A DNA stretch of 64,000 bases from Parcubacteria bacterium C7867-005. Lineage in GTDB: Bacteria > Patescibacteriota > Minisyncoccia > Phycocordibacterales > Zambryskibacteraceae. The stretch covers positions 84,321 through 148,320 of the forward strand of contig LFCO01000001.1 in assembly GCA_001189165.1 (NCBI GenBank), in the 5' to 3' direction. The notes beneath the pieces were generated by a model. It was not told the DNA's origin, did not search any database, and saw nothing but the letters and a program-made list of their open reading frames with translations. The position numbers were made by a program, and so were the translations under genes. Below, piece by piece: positions 28,511-38,376 of the stretch; position 1 is the stretch's first letter; every line of letters begins with the position of its first letter.

Positions 28511-28762
28511 ATGACTTTTGAACAGGCTATACATAAGGTCGTTAAAACTATTCCAAAAGGGAAGGTGTTGACCTATAAACAAGTAGCTCAAAAAGCTGGC
28601 AGACCAATGGCTTTTAGGGCGGTAGGGAACATTTTAAATAAAAACATTGATTCAAAGATTCCTTGCCATAGAGTAATTCGTTCAGATGGTAAGATCGGCG
28701 GGTACAATGGCCTTCAGGGACAGAAGAGAATGCTTTTGGTTGAAGAAGGATATTTGAAATAA
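28511..28762 (+). CDS. MGMT/Ogt-family alkylguanine DNA-binding protein
   Basis: IPKGKV.TY..VA...G.P.A.RAVG, IPCHRVI...G.IGGY. Confidence 0.9.
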   Translation: MTFEQAIHKVVKTIPKGKVLTYKQVAQKAGRPMAFRAVGNILNKNIDSKIPCHRVIRSDGKIGGYNGLQGQKRMLLVEEGYLK

Positions 28763-28765
28763 TTT

Positions 28766-29215
28766 ATGACATTCTCACAGGAAGATTATTTGCATGGTAT
28801 AACTGGTGAATTTCCTACAGAGGTTACTGAATTCAAACAGGAGTACGCAAAGATAAAACCTCCAGTGGACAAGGAGTTTCTGGCTGGCCTATGTGAAGGG
28901 GATGAGGATCTACAAACTGCATTCGAAGACATGATCGAATATTTCTATAGATATACAAGAGATGTCTGTACCCAAGAGAGTTTAAAGCATGCCGGGATTC
29001 AAGATAACCTTGAAGAGATACAAGCCATGGAAGTACCTAGAAGAGTGCTACACAATGCGATGATTGAATCAGTAAAAATTTTCGTCAGGAATTTAAGAAA
29101 AAAAGGTAAAGATGTGTCATGGGCCACAGATATTGACAAAAGGGGTAGAGCGGGTTATGCTCAATTAGCTCTTTTGACCACCTTCCGGGATATAATGAAG
29201 GCAAACCCCAACTAA
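28766..29215 (+). CDS. Hypothetical helical protein
   Basis: 149-aa ORF, native codon usage. Confidence 0.65.
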   Translation: MTFSQEDYLHGITGEFPTEVTEFKQEYAKIKPPVDKEFLAGLCEGDEDLQTAFEDMIEYFYRYTRDVCTQESLKHAGIQDNLEEIQAMEVPRRVLHNAMIESVKIFVRNLRKKGKDVSWATDIDKRGRAGYAQLALLTTFRDIMKANPN

Positions 29216-29216
29216 T

Positions 29217-29429
29217 ATGGGAGGACCTGAACAGATGCCACAAGATCGGTTTTCCCTTATCTTGCGTTATGCAAGTTTGGCGGCTCTCGAGATGACCGAA
29301 AAGGATCCTGCCAGGCTTGCAGAAATCGCCGATGACAAAAAGGTGATTGCAGACGGCTTGGGCATGGATGGTTCAGCTATCATCATGGAAGCGAGTAAGC
29401 TTGTCGCGGGTGGCAACGGTTCGCACTAA
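29217..29429 (+). CDS. Small hypothetical protein (alternative start 29235)
   Basis: ORF followed by terminator AATCTCCC-TTCT-GGGAGATT (29431-29450). Confidence 0.55.
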   Translation: MGGPEQMPQDRFSLILRYASLAALEMTEKDPARLAEIADDKKVIADGLGMDGSAIIMEASKLVAGGNGSH

Positions 29430-29473
29430 CAATCTCCCTTCTGGGAGATTTCTTTTGTTATACTATTCTGTAT

Positions 29474-32218
29474 ATGCAAAGTGAGAGGGGATCATTTAAT
29501 AATCCACACGAAGAGATCGAATACCTACGATCCAAAGTTCTAGAACAAGAACGTCGTTTTGATCGACTGGGTCAAAGTAAAGAAAGGGATGCAGTCATCA
29601 GAGAATTTATTCAGAATTTCCATAGAGAAGAATCGAAAAGCCTTTCTCAAACCACAGAAAGAGAATCAGAGCTTCACGCAGGGGATTTGCTCAAGAAAAA
29701 CGAGGATAAACAGCTCCATGAGATGATGCATATCACGGAGACTAAGGGTGTCTTGCATGCTTTGACCGTAGTAGAAAAGATGAACGGCTGGTGCTTAGAG
29801 GATGATTTCCATGATTTTCTCGTGGGTTTGGTCAGAGAGGGCTTACCACCAAAAGGTGTCAAAGAAAAAGGCCCTCTTTATCGCGCGTTAAACATGACTC
29901 TTTTTGAGGTGGTGTTACCAGATAATTCGATTGGTACAGATCAAGCAAACCAAAACAAAGATTTAAAAACACTTATTTCTAGTATGGAACAGTTTTATGC
30001 CGGGATGCTCTCTGTCTCTGAAAAGGAGACTATGGGTAAAAACTATTTTGTATTAGAGATGGCGAACAGCAACGGTAGTGAAGAATTTATTTTTTATGCA
30101 TCTGTGCCCACAGAGAAAAAGATGTTATTCGAGAAACAGCTTTTATCTATTTTCCCCACAGCGCGTTTGATAGAGAGGCAAAAGGACTATAATATTTTCT
30201 CTGACGAGAGCTACTCGCTTGCTTCTGTGGCTGAGTTGTCCGCATCATCCGCTTTGCCGCTCAAAACATATGAATCATTTGACCACGATCCGCTTAATAC
30301 TATCCTGAACAGTTTCTCGAAGATTCCTAAGGATGGATCAGGCGCAGCAATACAGATAATCTTTAATCCAAAAGGGGATCAATATATAAAAAAATATCAA
30401 TATATTCAGAAACAGATAGAAAAAGGAGTGAAGCCCAAGGACGCATTGACCGAGAGGTCTATATTCGGGGACGTGATACACACACTTGGAGATCTGTTTG
30501 CTCCATCCAAAAAGAAAAAAGAAGAGGATAAAGTTAATCCAAACAACACAGAAGTGATAGATCGGATTAAAACAAAACTCCTCGCACCGACCGTATCAAC
30601 AAATATTCGTATAGCTGTTTCCAGTAACACTAAACCAGAAGCGGAGAGGATCCTCTCAGATATTGAATCAAGCTTCAATCAATTTGAAGTACCTGGAGTG
30701 AACAAAATCAAATTCAATAGAGTGAAGCCCAAAGCCTTTGCAAACTTCTTTAGAAATTTCTCATTTAGACTCTTTGCAAGCGAAGAAATTTTACCCTTGA
30801 ACCTCAAGGAGCTGACATCTGTATTTCACTTTCATACGACCGCCCTGCAGGGCAGAAGTGAGCTCAAACAGGTCAAGGCGGTTGGGGCACCAGCACCTAT
30901 CGGTCTGCCTACGTCGGGTACACTCCTCGGTATAAATCGTTTTAGTAATACAGAGACGAAGGTCTATATGACTCCAGAAGACCGTTTAAGGCACTTCTAC
31001 ACTATCGGACAGACAGGCACAGGTAAGTCGACGTTGTTAAAGAATATGATCATTCAGGACATCTTACGCGGAGACGGAGTTTGTATGATCGACCCACATG
31101 GAGTGGATATTGTCGATGTACTTGCAAATATCCCCAAGGAGAGGATGGATGATGTTGTTTATTTTGATCCAGCTTCAGTCGAGCGACCCATGGCACTCAA
31201 CATGCTTGAATACGATCGATCTAAGCCTGAACAGAAAACATTTGTGGTGAATGAACTCTTTAGTATTTTCCAAAAACTTTATGGTGCCGTACCTGAATCT
31301 CTTGGACCAATGTTCGAACAATACTTCAGAAATGCAACGATGCTGGTGATCGAAGATCCGTCATCCGGTTCAACTTTACTCGATGTATCAAGGGTGATGG
31401 TAAACAAAGAGTTTAGGCAGATGAAAATATCCAAATGCCAGAACCCAGTTGTAGTACAGTTCTGGAAAGATATCGCTGAAAAGGCAGGTGGTGAGGGTTC
31501 TCTGGCAAACATCGTACCCTACATCACTTCCAAGTTCGATGTGTTCTTGGCAAACGACATCATGCGTCCGATCATCGCCCAAGAAAAATCCTCTTTTGAT
31601 TTTAGAGACATCATGGATAACAAGAAAATCCTCCTGGTGAACCTGTCAAAAGGCAGGTTGGGAGAGCTCAATGCTAATCTGATTGGACTTATCCTCGTAG
31701 GTAAAATACTGATGGCCGCGCTTTCTCGTGCAGATTCGATGAATACAAATCTACCTCCGTTTTATTTGTACATAGATGAGTTCCAAAATGTCACCACGAA
31801 CTCTATCGCCACGATTCTCTCTGAGGCGCGCAAATATAAACTTTCACTCACCATGGCTCACCAATTCATCGCTCAGCTCGAAGAAGAAATCAAAGATGCA
31901 GTATTTGGAAACGTAGGGAGCATCGCATCATTCCGAGTTGGTGCAGATGATTCTGAATATTTGGAAAAACAATTCGCACCAACATTTGGAGCCAAGGATT
32001 TAAGGGATATAGACAATCGGAATGCTTATTTGAAAATGTTGGTTGACGGTCGCCCTACAAAACCATTTAGTATAGAGACCATCGCTACACCAGAAGGCAA
32101 TAGAGAACAGGTAGAATTATTGAAAAAGATTTCATTTGAAAAATACGGAGGAGATAGGGGGGTGATCGAAAAGGGGATAATGGATAGATACATAAAGCCT
32201 GCCCAACCTGCTGTATAG
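29474..32218 (+). CDS. VirD4/TraD-like (FtsK/HerA superfamily) type IV secretion coupling ATPase
   Basis: RHFYTIGQTGTGKSTLL (Walker A), IDPHG, LYIDEFQ (Walker B), LSEARKY.L.L.MAHQ...QL, FGNVG. Confidence 0.85.
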   Translation: MQSERGSFNNPHEEIEYLRSKVLEQERRFDRLGQSKERDAVIREFIQNFHREESKSLSQTTERESELHAGDLLKKNEDKQLHEMMHITETKGVLHALTVVEKMNGWCLEDDFHDFLVGLVREGLPPKGVKEKGPLYRALNMTLFEVVLPDNSIGTDQANQNKDLKTLISSMEQFYAGMLSVSEKETMGKNYFVLEMANSNGSEEFIFYASVPTEKKMLFEKQLLSIFPTARLIERQKDYNIFSDESYSLASVAELSASSALPLKTYESFDHDPLNTILNSFSKIPKDGSGAAIQIIFNPKGDQYIKKYQYIQKQIEKGVKPKDALTERSIFGDVIHTLGDLFAPSKKKKEEDKVNPNNTEVIDRIKTKLLAPTVSTNIRIAVSSNTKPEAERILSDIESSFNQFEVPGVNKIKFNRVKPKAFANFFRNFSFRLFASEEILPLNLKELTSVFHFHTTALQGRSELKQVKAVGAPAPIGLPTSGTLLGINRFSNTETKVYMTPEDRLRHFYTIGQTGTGKSTLLKNMIIQDILRGDGVCMIDPHGVDIVDVLANIPKERMDDVVYFDPASVERPMALNMLEYDRSKPEQKTFVVNELFSIFQKLYGAVPESLGPMFEQYFRNATMLVIEDPSSGSTLLDVSRVMVNKEFRQMKISKCQNPVVVQFWKDIAEKAGGEGSLANIVPYITSKFDVFLANDIMRPIIAQEKSSFDFRDIMDNKKILLVNLSKGRLGELNANLIGLILVGKILMAALSRADSMNTNLPPFYLYIDEFQNVTTNSIATILSEARKYKLSLTMAHQFIAQLEEEIKDAVFGNVGSIASFRVGADDSEYLEKQFAPTFGAKDLRDIDNRNAYLKMLVDGRPTKPFSIETIATPEGNREQVELLKKISFEKYGGDRGVIEKGIMDRYIKPAQPAV

Positions 32219-32232
32219 AATAGAGACAATGA

Positions 32233-32258
32233 TGGCCCCTCGCTTACGCTCGGGGCCA
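32233..32258 (-). terminator. Terminator of unit 6 (GGCCCCG hairpin family)
   Basis: TGGCCCCGAGCGTAAGCGAGGGGCCA on the minus strand. Confidence 0.65.
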
Positions 32259-32263
32259 CTGCA

Positions 32264-32587
32264 CTAGTCATCGTCTCCATCATCTGGATCCCAATGATCA
32301 AGAATTCCGCGCTCCCGGAGGGGAGATGAGATCATCGGTTGTACCTGAGCTGGCTCGGTGGGGGTAAAATTCTTGGCGTTTTTGCGCTCGAACAGTACCT
32401 CGCCGGTTGCTCCCTTTACAGCCAAACGATACTCTGGCGGAACCTCATTTTCTTGGATCACGCCGTTGAGGATGCCGTCGAAGTTGATGGAAGAGGGCTT
32501 CTTACTCCTCACTTCTTTGATTCTTTCCTCGACCAGATCAGCAAGCCTGTTGGCAAGGTGATCCATTTCATCCCTAGAAAGCTCCAC
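32264..32587 (-). CDS. GC-enriched hypothetical protein (unit 6)
   Basis: Promoter TTGACT-17-TAGCAT (32659-32631); leader AAGTACACCCCATCACCCACC-AGGAG-AGCTACC-GTG; acidic tail WDPDDGDDD. Confidence 0.7.
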   Translation of the reverse strand: MELSRDEMDHLANRLADLVEERIKEVRSKKPSSINFDGILNGVIQENEVPPEYRLAVKGATGEVLFERKNAKNFTPTEPAQVQPMISSPLRERGILDHWDPDDGDDD

Positions 32588-32698
32588 GGTAGCTCTCCTG
32601 GTGGGTGATGGGGTGTACTTCTGGTTCCTAATGCTATCATAAAATAACACAAAAGTCAAGCTTCATTTGGCTTTGTGGATAACTAAAAAAGTTTAAAA

Positions 32699-33151
32699 CT
32701 AGGAGAAAAGGGATTCTATGGCAACTTTCACGTCTCCACTGTCCGCTTTGCCCTTGAGATCTTTCATCACCGAACCCATGAACTGACCCATTTTGGATTT
32801 ATCTGTAGCACCTAGTTCTACTTGTTTGGCCTTAACGAAGGTGAGTATCTCTTCTTTGGACATTTGTGCAGGCAGGAGAGTCTCCAATATGGCGAGCTCT
32901 GCCTCCTCAGCATCAGCGAGGTCAGCGCGCCCACCCTTCTCGAATTGACCGATAGAGTCTTTTCTTTGTTTTACCCCCCTGCGGATGAGGTCGAGCGCCT
33001 CTTCATCTGGTAGTGGATCAGTGGGCTTGCGCTTCTTGGCCACGAGTTCGTTAGTAAAGGCTGTGATAAGACCACGGAGGACGTTTAATCTAACCACATC
33101 CTTGTCTCTCATGGCTTGTTTTATCTGCTCATGTATGTCGGTTTGTATCAT
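32699..33151 (-). CDS. GatB/YqeY-domain protein
   Basis: IKQAMR.KD..RL..LR, KQRKDSI.QF..GGR.DLA..E..EL, LPAQMS, MG..MG.VM. Confidence 0.92.
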   Translation of the reverse strand: MIQTDIHEQIKQAMRDKDVVRLNVLRGLITAFTNELVAKKRKPTDPLPDEEALDLIRRGVKQRKDSIGQFEKGGRADLADAEEAELAILETLLPAQMSKEEILTFVKAKQVELGATDKSKMGQFMGSVMKDLKGKADSGDVKVAIESLFS

Positions 33152-33189
33152 AAATTCATAATAACATAGGATTTTGGTACAATGGGTTT

Positions 33190-34272
33190 ATGGAGGGACT
33201 TCCAATCATCATTATCCTCAGCATTATTATATTTCTCGTATTAAACGCGGGTGCGCTTTATTTTGTCTATAAGAAATTTTCATCAGGAATAAACAAATCA
33301 GAAGATTCAAAAGGTTTTGATCTACTACTCCAACAGATGAATGAACTCTCCAGGGTTGTGGATTATAAAATGGGGGAGACGAACAAGATGATGAATGAGT
33401 CAGTGCGTACTCAGTTTGGTGAATCGGCCAAGTTGATTCGAGAAGTGACCGAAGGTTTAACCAAGCTTGATGAGACAAACCGTCAGGTGGTTTCTTTTGC
33501 AGATCAGCTTCAATCCCTAGAAGACATTTTAAAGAACCCAAAACAGAGAGGGATACTCGGTGAATATTATCTAGAGACGCTTTTGAAGAACTGTATGCCC
33601 CCAGGGAGCTACCAGATGCAATATGAGTTAGGGATGAATGATGACGGCGCACGTCTGATCCCAGATGCGGTTGTGTTCGTGAAGGATAAAATCATCCCCA
33701 TAGATTCCAAGTTTTCACTAGAGAACTATAATCGCCTTGTAGAAGAAAAAGATCCGGTGCAGAAAGAAAGATTAGAAAAATTATTTGTTAGTGATTTGAA
33801 AAACAGGATTACTGAGACTTCAAAATATATACAACCGAGCAAGGGGACGATGGATTTTGCTTTCATGTTTATTCCCCATGAGGCGATCTACTATGACCTG
33901 ATTGTAAACAAGATAGGCGCCCTGCAAGAGGAGACAGAGAGTTTGGTGCAACGCGCTGCTTCAAAGTACAAAGTGATCATAGTTTCTCCTACATCTTTCC
34001 TCGCGTATCTTCAAACAGTTTTGCAGGGATTGAAAGCACTTCAGATAGAAGAAAAGGCTCAAGAGATTGTCAAAAGGGTAGAGGATCTCGGCAGGCATTT
34101 GAAAACATATGAAGAGTATTACACCAAACTAGGTAACACATTGGGTACCGCTGTTAACCACTATAACGGCGCAGGCAAGGAGCTCCTCAAGATAGACAAA
34201 GATGTCCTAAGGATAACGGGCACGGGGGTAGGCCTGGAGACAGTTACTGTAGAGAAACCCGCCCTGGAATAG
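33190..34272 (+). CDS. rmuC: DNA recombination protein RmuC
   Basis: NPKQRG.LGE..LE, PDAVV, IPIDSKF, T.DFAFMFIP.E, VSPT. Confidence 0.92.
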   Translation: MEGLPIIIILSIIIFLVLNAGALYFVYKKFSSGINKSEDSKGFDLLLQQMNELSRVVDYKMGETNKMMNESVRTQFGESAKLIREVTEGLTKLDETNRQVVSFADQLQSLEDILKNPKQRGILGEYYLETLLKNCMPPGSYQMQYELGMNDDGARLIPDAVVFVKDKIIPIDSKFSLENYNRLVEEKDPVQKERLEKLFVSDLKNRITETSKYIQPSKGTMDFAFMFIPHEAIYYDLIVNKIGALQEETESLVQRAASKYKVIIVSPTSFLAYLQTVLQGLKALQIEEKAQEIVKRVEDLGRHLKTYEEYYTKLGNTLGTAVNHYNGAGKELLKIDKDVLRITGTGVGLETVTVEKPALE

Positions 34273-34341
34273 CCTTTTTGGCCCCAAAATGCCTCTTGGC
34301 GGTTGCTTTTTAGGGCTTTATATGTAGAATAGGTGTCCTAT

Positions 34342-34761
34342 ATGGCAGAAGCAAAAACAGTCAAAACCAAAGCAAAGAAGGCTACCACTGTAGCTGAAAA
34401 GGCTCCTAAAACCCCTAGAGCACCTAAGGCAGAGAAGACAGGCGAATTTGCTATCTTTGCTACTGGGGGCAAGCAATACAGAGTTTCTCCTGGGGACTCT
34501 TTAAAGATCGAGAAGATCATCGGTGAACACAAAGAAGGGGATAAGATTGTCTTCGACAAGGTTCTCCTCGTCGGTGATGGATCAACCGAGGCCACTATCG
34601 GTACCCCATATATCTCTGGTGCCAAGGTCAACACTACTTTGAAGAAGATCGGCAGGTACAAAACTATCGACGTGATCAAATACAAACAGAAATCCAGATA
34701 TTTCAAGAAAAACGGCCATCGCCAGCCATACTTCGAAGTCACAATCGACTCAATAAAATAA
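34342..34761 (+). CDS. rplU: 50S ribosomal protein L21 with Lys/Ala-rich N-terminal extension
   Basis: AIFATGGKQYRV..GD, IGTP, KYKQK.RY.KK.GHRQ. Confidence 0.95.
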   Translation: MAEAKTVKTKAKKATTVAEKAPKTPRAPKAEKTGEFAIFATGGKQYRVSPGDSLKIEKIIGEHKEGDKIVFDKVLLVGDGSTEATIGTPYISGAKVNTTLKKIGRYKTIDVIKYKQKSRYFKKNGHRQPYFEVTIDSIK

Positions 34762-34790
34762 ATAAAATTCCCCGAAAGGGGAGTTTTATT
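34761..34790. terminator. Bidirectional terminator between rplU and recR
   Basis: AATAAAATTCCCC-GAAA-GGGGAGTTTTATT. Confidence 0.8.
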
Positions 34791-35391
34791 TTGTTCTGTG
34801 CAAGAATGCGCTTTTGAGGGTTTCTGGGTCAGCGTATTCGAGCTCTGCGCCGGTGGAGAGGCCACGGCCCAGCTCTGAGATGACATAAGTAGAACCTTTG
34901 TACTTGTCCCGTATAAAATCTGCGGTGTTTTCTCCTTCTGAATTTGCATTCATGGCGAGTATCACTTCCTTCAAGTTTTTCTCATGCTTTTTGATGATTT
35001 TCTCTAACTCATGTAGTCTGATTTTTTTCTCCGGCTCCTTTTCGAGGATGGGGAGTGAGCCACCGAGTACGAAGTATAGGCCTTTGTAACTTCCGCTCCT
35101 CTCTACGGCCTCGAGGTCAATGTCTCTCGGCACAACCATGAGCATTGAAGTATCCCTCTCTGTGTTTGAGCAGATAGAACAGAGCGAATGACTCGAACCA
35201 TTTTTAGGGAAGAATCGTAGACATTCTGCACATTGAGTTATTTCTTTTTTCAAACTCTCCACAGCTCTGATAAGGTCGCTAACAAAGTTTCCGTTTCTAG
35301 ACAAAATATAATAGACAAAGCGTTTGGCTTGCCTTGGTCCGATGCCAGGAAACTTGGCAAATATTTCAGTCAGTTTATCTATTGAATTCAT
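34786..35391 (-). CDS. recR: Recombination mediator RecR
   Basis: FPGIGPRQA.R, C4 zinc finger, Y.GLYFVLGG, EVILA, EGE.TA, G.ELEYAD..TL. Confidence 0.95.
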   Translation of the reverse strand: MNSIDKLTEIFAKFPGIGPRQAKRFVYYILSRNGNFVSDLIRAVESLKKEITQCAECLRFFPKNGSSHSLCSICSNTERDTSMLMVVPRDIDLEAVERSGSYKGLYFVLGGSLPILEKEPEKKIRLHELEKIIKKHEKNLKEVILAMNANSEGENTADFIRDKYKGSTYVISELGRGLSTGAELEYADPETLKSAFLHRTK

Positions 35392-36815
35392 TAAAAGTTT
35401 TTGAAATCTTCGTCTGCCTTGCCGTAGTTTGAGTAGTCTATTTCTACGAACATACCCTTGCGAGCATGGAAGTCCAGATTCACTTCGCCCAGTGGCCCAT
35501 TTCTGTGCTTAGCTATGATAATTTGTTTTCTCTGTACCTCTTTAGTTTTTCCCGATTCGTCTCTTATATCATCATTCTCTGCGTGGATGAACATCACCAA
35601 GTCAGCATCTTGTTCGATAGAGCCCGAATCACGCAAATCAGATAGCTTTGGCTTGCCTCCACGGGTTTCCACTGCGCGGGAGAGCTGTGAGAGGGCGATA
35701 ACAGGTATATCAAGCTCGCGCGCAAGGTGTTTGAGCGATCTAGATATCTCGGTGACCTGCTGAACCATAGAATCAGACTGCTTGGTCGTAGTTGGGGCCA
35801 TGAGCTGTAGATAGTCTACGATTAAGAGCTTTAGACCTCTTTCAATCTTTAGTTTTCTAGCAGCAGAGCGCATTTTCAAAATAGTGTTACCAGCTTGGTC
35901 GTCTATATAGATAGGCGTCCGAGAAAGATCATCGAGTGCATCACGGATGTTTTTGAACACATCGTCTCTCCACGAACCTGTTTGCGTTCTCACGCCCTTT
36001 CTGATCACCGATTGATCTGTGCTTGACTGTGCAGAGACAATACGATCAACCAACTGATCAGCACTCATCTCGAGTGAGAATATACCTACTGGGTTACCGT
36101 ATTCACTCGCAGTCCTGCGAGCGATGTCGAGCGCGAGTGCGGTTTTTCCTACAGAAGGACGTGCTGCAAGGATGATAAGGTCAGATCTCTGGAAGCCGCC
36201 GAGTATATCATCAAGGGATTTGAAACCAGTATTCACACCACGGAGTTCATGGTCAGCGCTTGAGAGTTTTTCGAACCTATCATATGCATCCATCAAAAGT
36301 GGTTTGAGGTCTTTGAATTTGCCGCCACCGGAGAAATGTTGAGTGATATCAAAAACTTTTTTCTCTGCATGATCGAGTATTTCTTCAAGCTCTCCAGCCT
36401 CGTTGAATCCAAGATGTGAGATAAATTCTGAAGCTTCAATCAGTTCGCGCATCATGAATTTTTTCATCACTATCTCTGCATAGTGTTTGACGTTCGCAGA
36501 CGAAGGTACCATGGAGGTGAGTTCAGTGAGGAAGCTCGTACCGCCAATGCGTTCGAGTATGTCTTTCTCTTTTAAGCGAGAGGAGAGGGAGAGGAAGTCT
36601 ATGGGTTGGTGTTTGCTAAAAAGTTCGAGCATGTTCTCAAACACTAGCCGATTCTTCTCAAAATAAAATGACATCGGACTGACTATGTCCATCACTTCAT
36701 AAATCGAATCTGGACGGAGCATGATAGATCCAAGAAGAGCCATCTCTGCTTCTAGAGATTGTGGGGGAATGCGGAGCTTTAATTTGTCTATATTGGAGAT
36801 AGAGTTGTACGCCAT
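35391..36815 (-). CDS. dnaB: Replicative DNA helicase
   Basis: PPQSLEAE, LIILAARPSVGKT, FSLEMS, VDYLQL, LSQLSR, LRDSGSIEQDAD, KHRNGP. Confidence 0.97.
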   Translation of the reverse strand: MAYNSISNIDKLKLRIPPQSLEAEMALLGSIMLRPDSIYEVMDIVSPMSFYFEKNRLVFENMLELFSKHQPIDFLSLSSRLKEKDILERIGGTSFLTELTSMVPSSANVKHYAEIVMKKFMMRELIEASEFISHLGFNEAGELEEILDHAEKKVFDITQHFSGGGKFKDLKPLLMDAYDRFEKLSSADHELRGVNTGFKSLDDILGGFQRSDLIILAARPSVGKTALALDIARRTASEYGNPVGIFSLEMSADQLVDRIVSAQSSTDQSVIRKGVRTQTGSWRDDVFKNIRDALDDLSRTPIYIDDQAGNTILKMRSAARKLKIERGLKLLIVDYLQLMAPTTTKQSDSMVQQVTEISRSLKHLARELDIPVIALSQLSRAVETRGGKPKLSDLRDSGSIEQDADLVMFIHAENDDIRDESGKTKEVQRKQIIIAKHRNGPLGEVNLDFHARKGMFVEIDYSNYGKADEDFKNF

Positions 36816-36897
36816 ACCTGTATGCTAGCAACTAGGTACAAAGACACGCAAGGCAATAACGGTTTACAAGTCCTGCATAAGTTGTGGACTAGAAAAT

Positions 36898-38298
36898 TTA
36901 GGCTCTTTCGACTGACTGACCAGCATCAGAATCTTTGATTTTATAGCCTTTTGACTCTATTTCTTGCCTCAATTCGTCTGCCTTGGCCCAATCCCTGGTT
37001 TCTCGAGCTACAGCCCTCTCGTTTAGGAGTTTTTGTATATCGTCTGATAATTCTTTAATTTCGTATTCGTTCTGCTCCAAGTTTAAACCAAGGAATTTGT
37101 CGAAGTACAGGAGTGTCGCTAAGGTATCCTTGTAAGAAACTTCATCACCTGCAAGCTTTGAAAGTTTCCAGACGATCGCCAATGCTTCCGGTGTATTAAG
37201 GTCATTTTCGATCGCCTCTAGGAATTCTGTTTTATACTTCTCATTTACCTCACCTTCCATATCGTTATTTGCTTGTTGGGCTACAAATCCGAAGAATATT
37301 TTTAACCGTTTGTAAGCATTTTCAGCGGCTTCGAGTGCTTCCCAAGAGAAATTCGTGGGAGTTCGATAGTGCGACAGAAGTAGGAAGTATCTATAGGCGA
37401 CAGGGGAGAAGCCTTTTTCAACCAGGGTTTTGATCGTGATGTGGTTTCCGAGGGATTTGGCCATCTTCTCTCCGGTGATATTTACAAATTCATTGTGGAT
37501 CCAAAAATTTGCCATCTGGCATCCACATGCGTTCTCAGATTGAGCGATCTCGTTGTTGTGGTGGATGGGGGCGAGGTCGATGCCTCCAGTATGGATATCA
37601 AAATGCTCTCCAAGATATGCCTTGGACATAGCCGAACATTCTATATGCCAACCAGGGAATCCATGACCCAAATCACTCGGGTATCCCATGTCTTTGTTGA
37701 ACTTCCATAGCGCAAAATCTTTTTGGTTTTTCTTTTCTGTATTTGCTTCAACTCTTGCCTGGCCCTCATTTTCGTTTTTGTTTATACCGCCAAGCTTTCC
37801 ATAATTTTGGTCTTTAGATGTATCAAAATACACTCCGTCGCTTGTGTTATAGGTGAATCCTTTTTTCTCAAGTTGTCGAATTATCTCTATATCTTCCTCT
37901 ATGTGCTCACTGGCCTTGGGTAACACGTGTGGCGTCAGGATGTTTAAGCTACCGATGTCCTCTTTGAACCTGTCTGTGTAGAAACTAGCGAGCTCCCGCA
38001 TGGCATCCATGGTGATTGGCTTACCCTCACGTTTTAGGCCTTTGGTCATTTTGTCTTCACCAGAGTCTCCATCACCAGAAAGCTGTCCTACATCAGTGAT
38101 GTTCATAACCTGCTTTACTTCCATACCATGAATTTCAAAATTTCTACGCAGAATATCCGCCAAGAAAAAAGCTCGGAGATTACCTATATGAGCATGGTCA
38201 TAAACTGTCGGACCACAGTTATACATAGAAACATGACCTGCCTTTATGGGTTTAAATTCCTCGACCTTGCCAGTGAGAGTATTATGAAGTTTGATCAT
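36898..38298 (-). CDS. cysS: Cysteinyl-tRNA synthetase
   Basis: CGPTVY...[34 protein letters not shown]. Confidence 0.97.
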   Translation of the reverse strand: MIKLHNTLTGKVEEFKPIKAGHVSMYNCGPTVYDHAHIGNLRAFFLADILRRNFEIHGMEVKQVMNITDVGQLSGDGDSGEDKMTKGLKREGKPITMDAMRELASFYTDRFKEDIGSLNILTPHVLPKASEHIEEDIEIIRQLEKKGFTYNTSDGVYFDTSKDQNYGKLGGINKNENEGQARVEANTEKKNQKDFALWKFNKDMGYPSDLGHGFPGWHIECSAMSKAYLGEHFDIHTGGIDLAPIHHNNEIAQSENACGCQMANFWIHNEFVNITGEKMAKSLGNHITIKTLVEKGFSPVAYRYFLLLSHYRTPTNFSWEALEAAENAYKRLKIFFGFVAQQANNDMEGEVNEKYKTEFLEAIENDLNTPEALAIVWKLSKLAGDEVSYKDTLATLLYFDKFLGLNLEQNEYEIKELSDDIQKLLNERAVARETRDWAKADELRQEIESKGYKIKDSDAGQSVERA

Positions 38299-38376
38299 GG
38301 TTTTATCGCTTCAAAAAAGTATAACATGTACGAATAGGGGTTTACTGCGTATCTCCAGGGTGAGATAATCTACCGA

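Noticed and set aside
6526-36891. DnaA boxes as a replication origin
   Set aside because: Boxes are isolated singles (6526, 22712, 32674, degenerate near 36883) with no cluster, unwinding element or dnaA/dnaN nearby.
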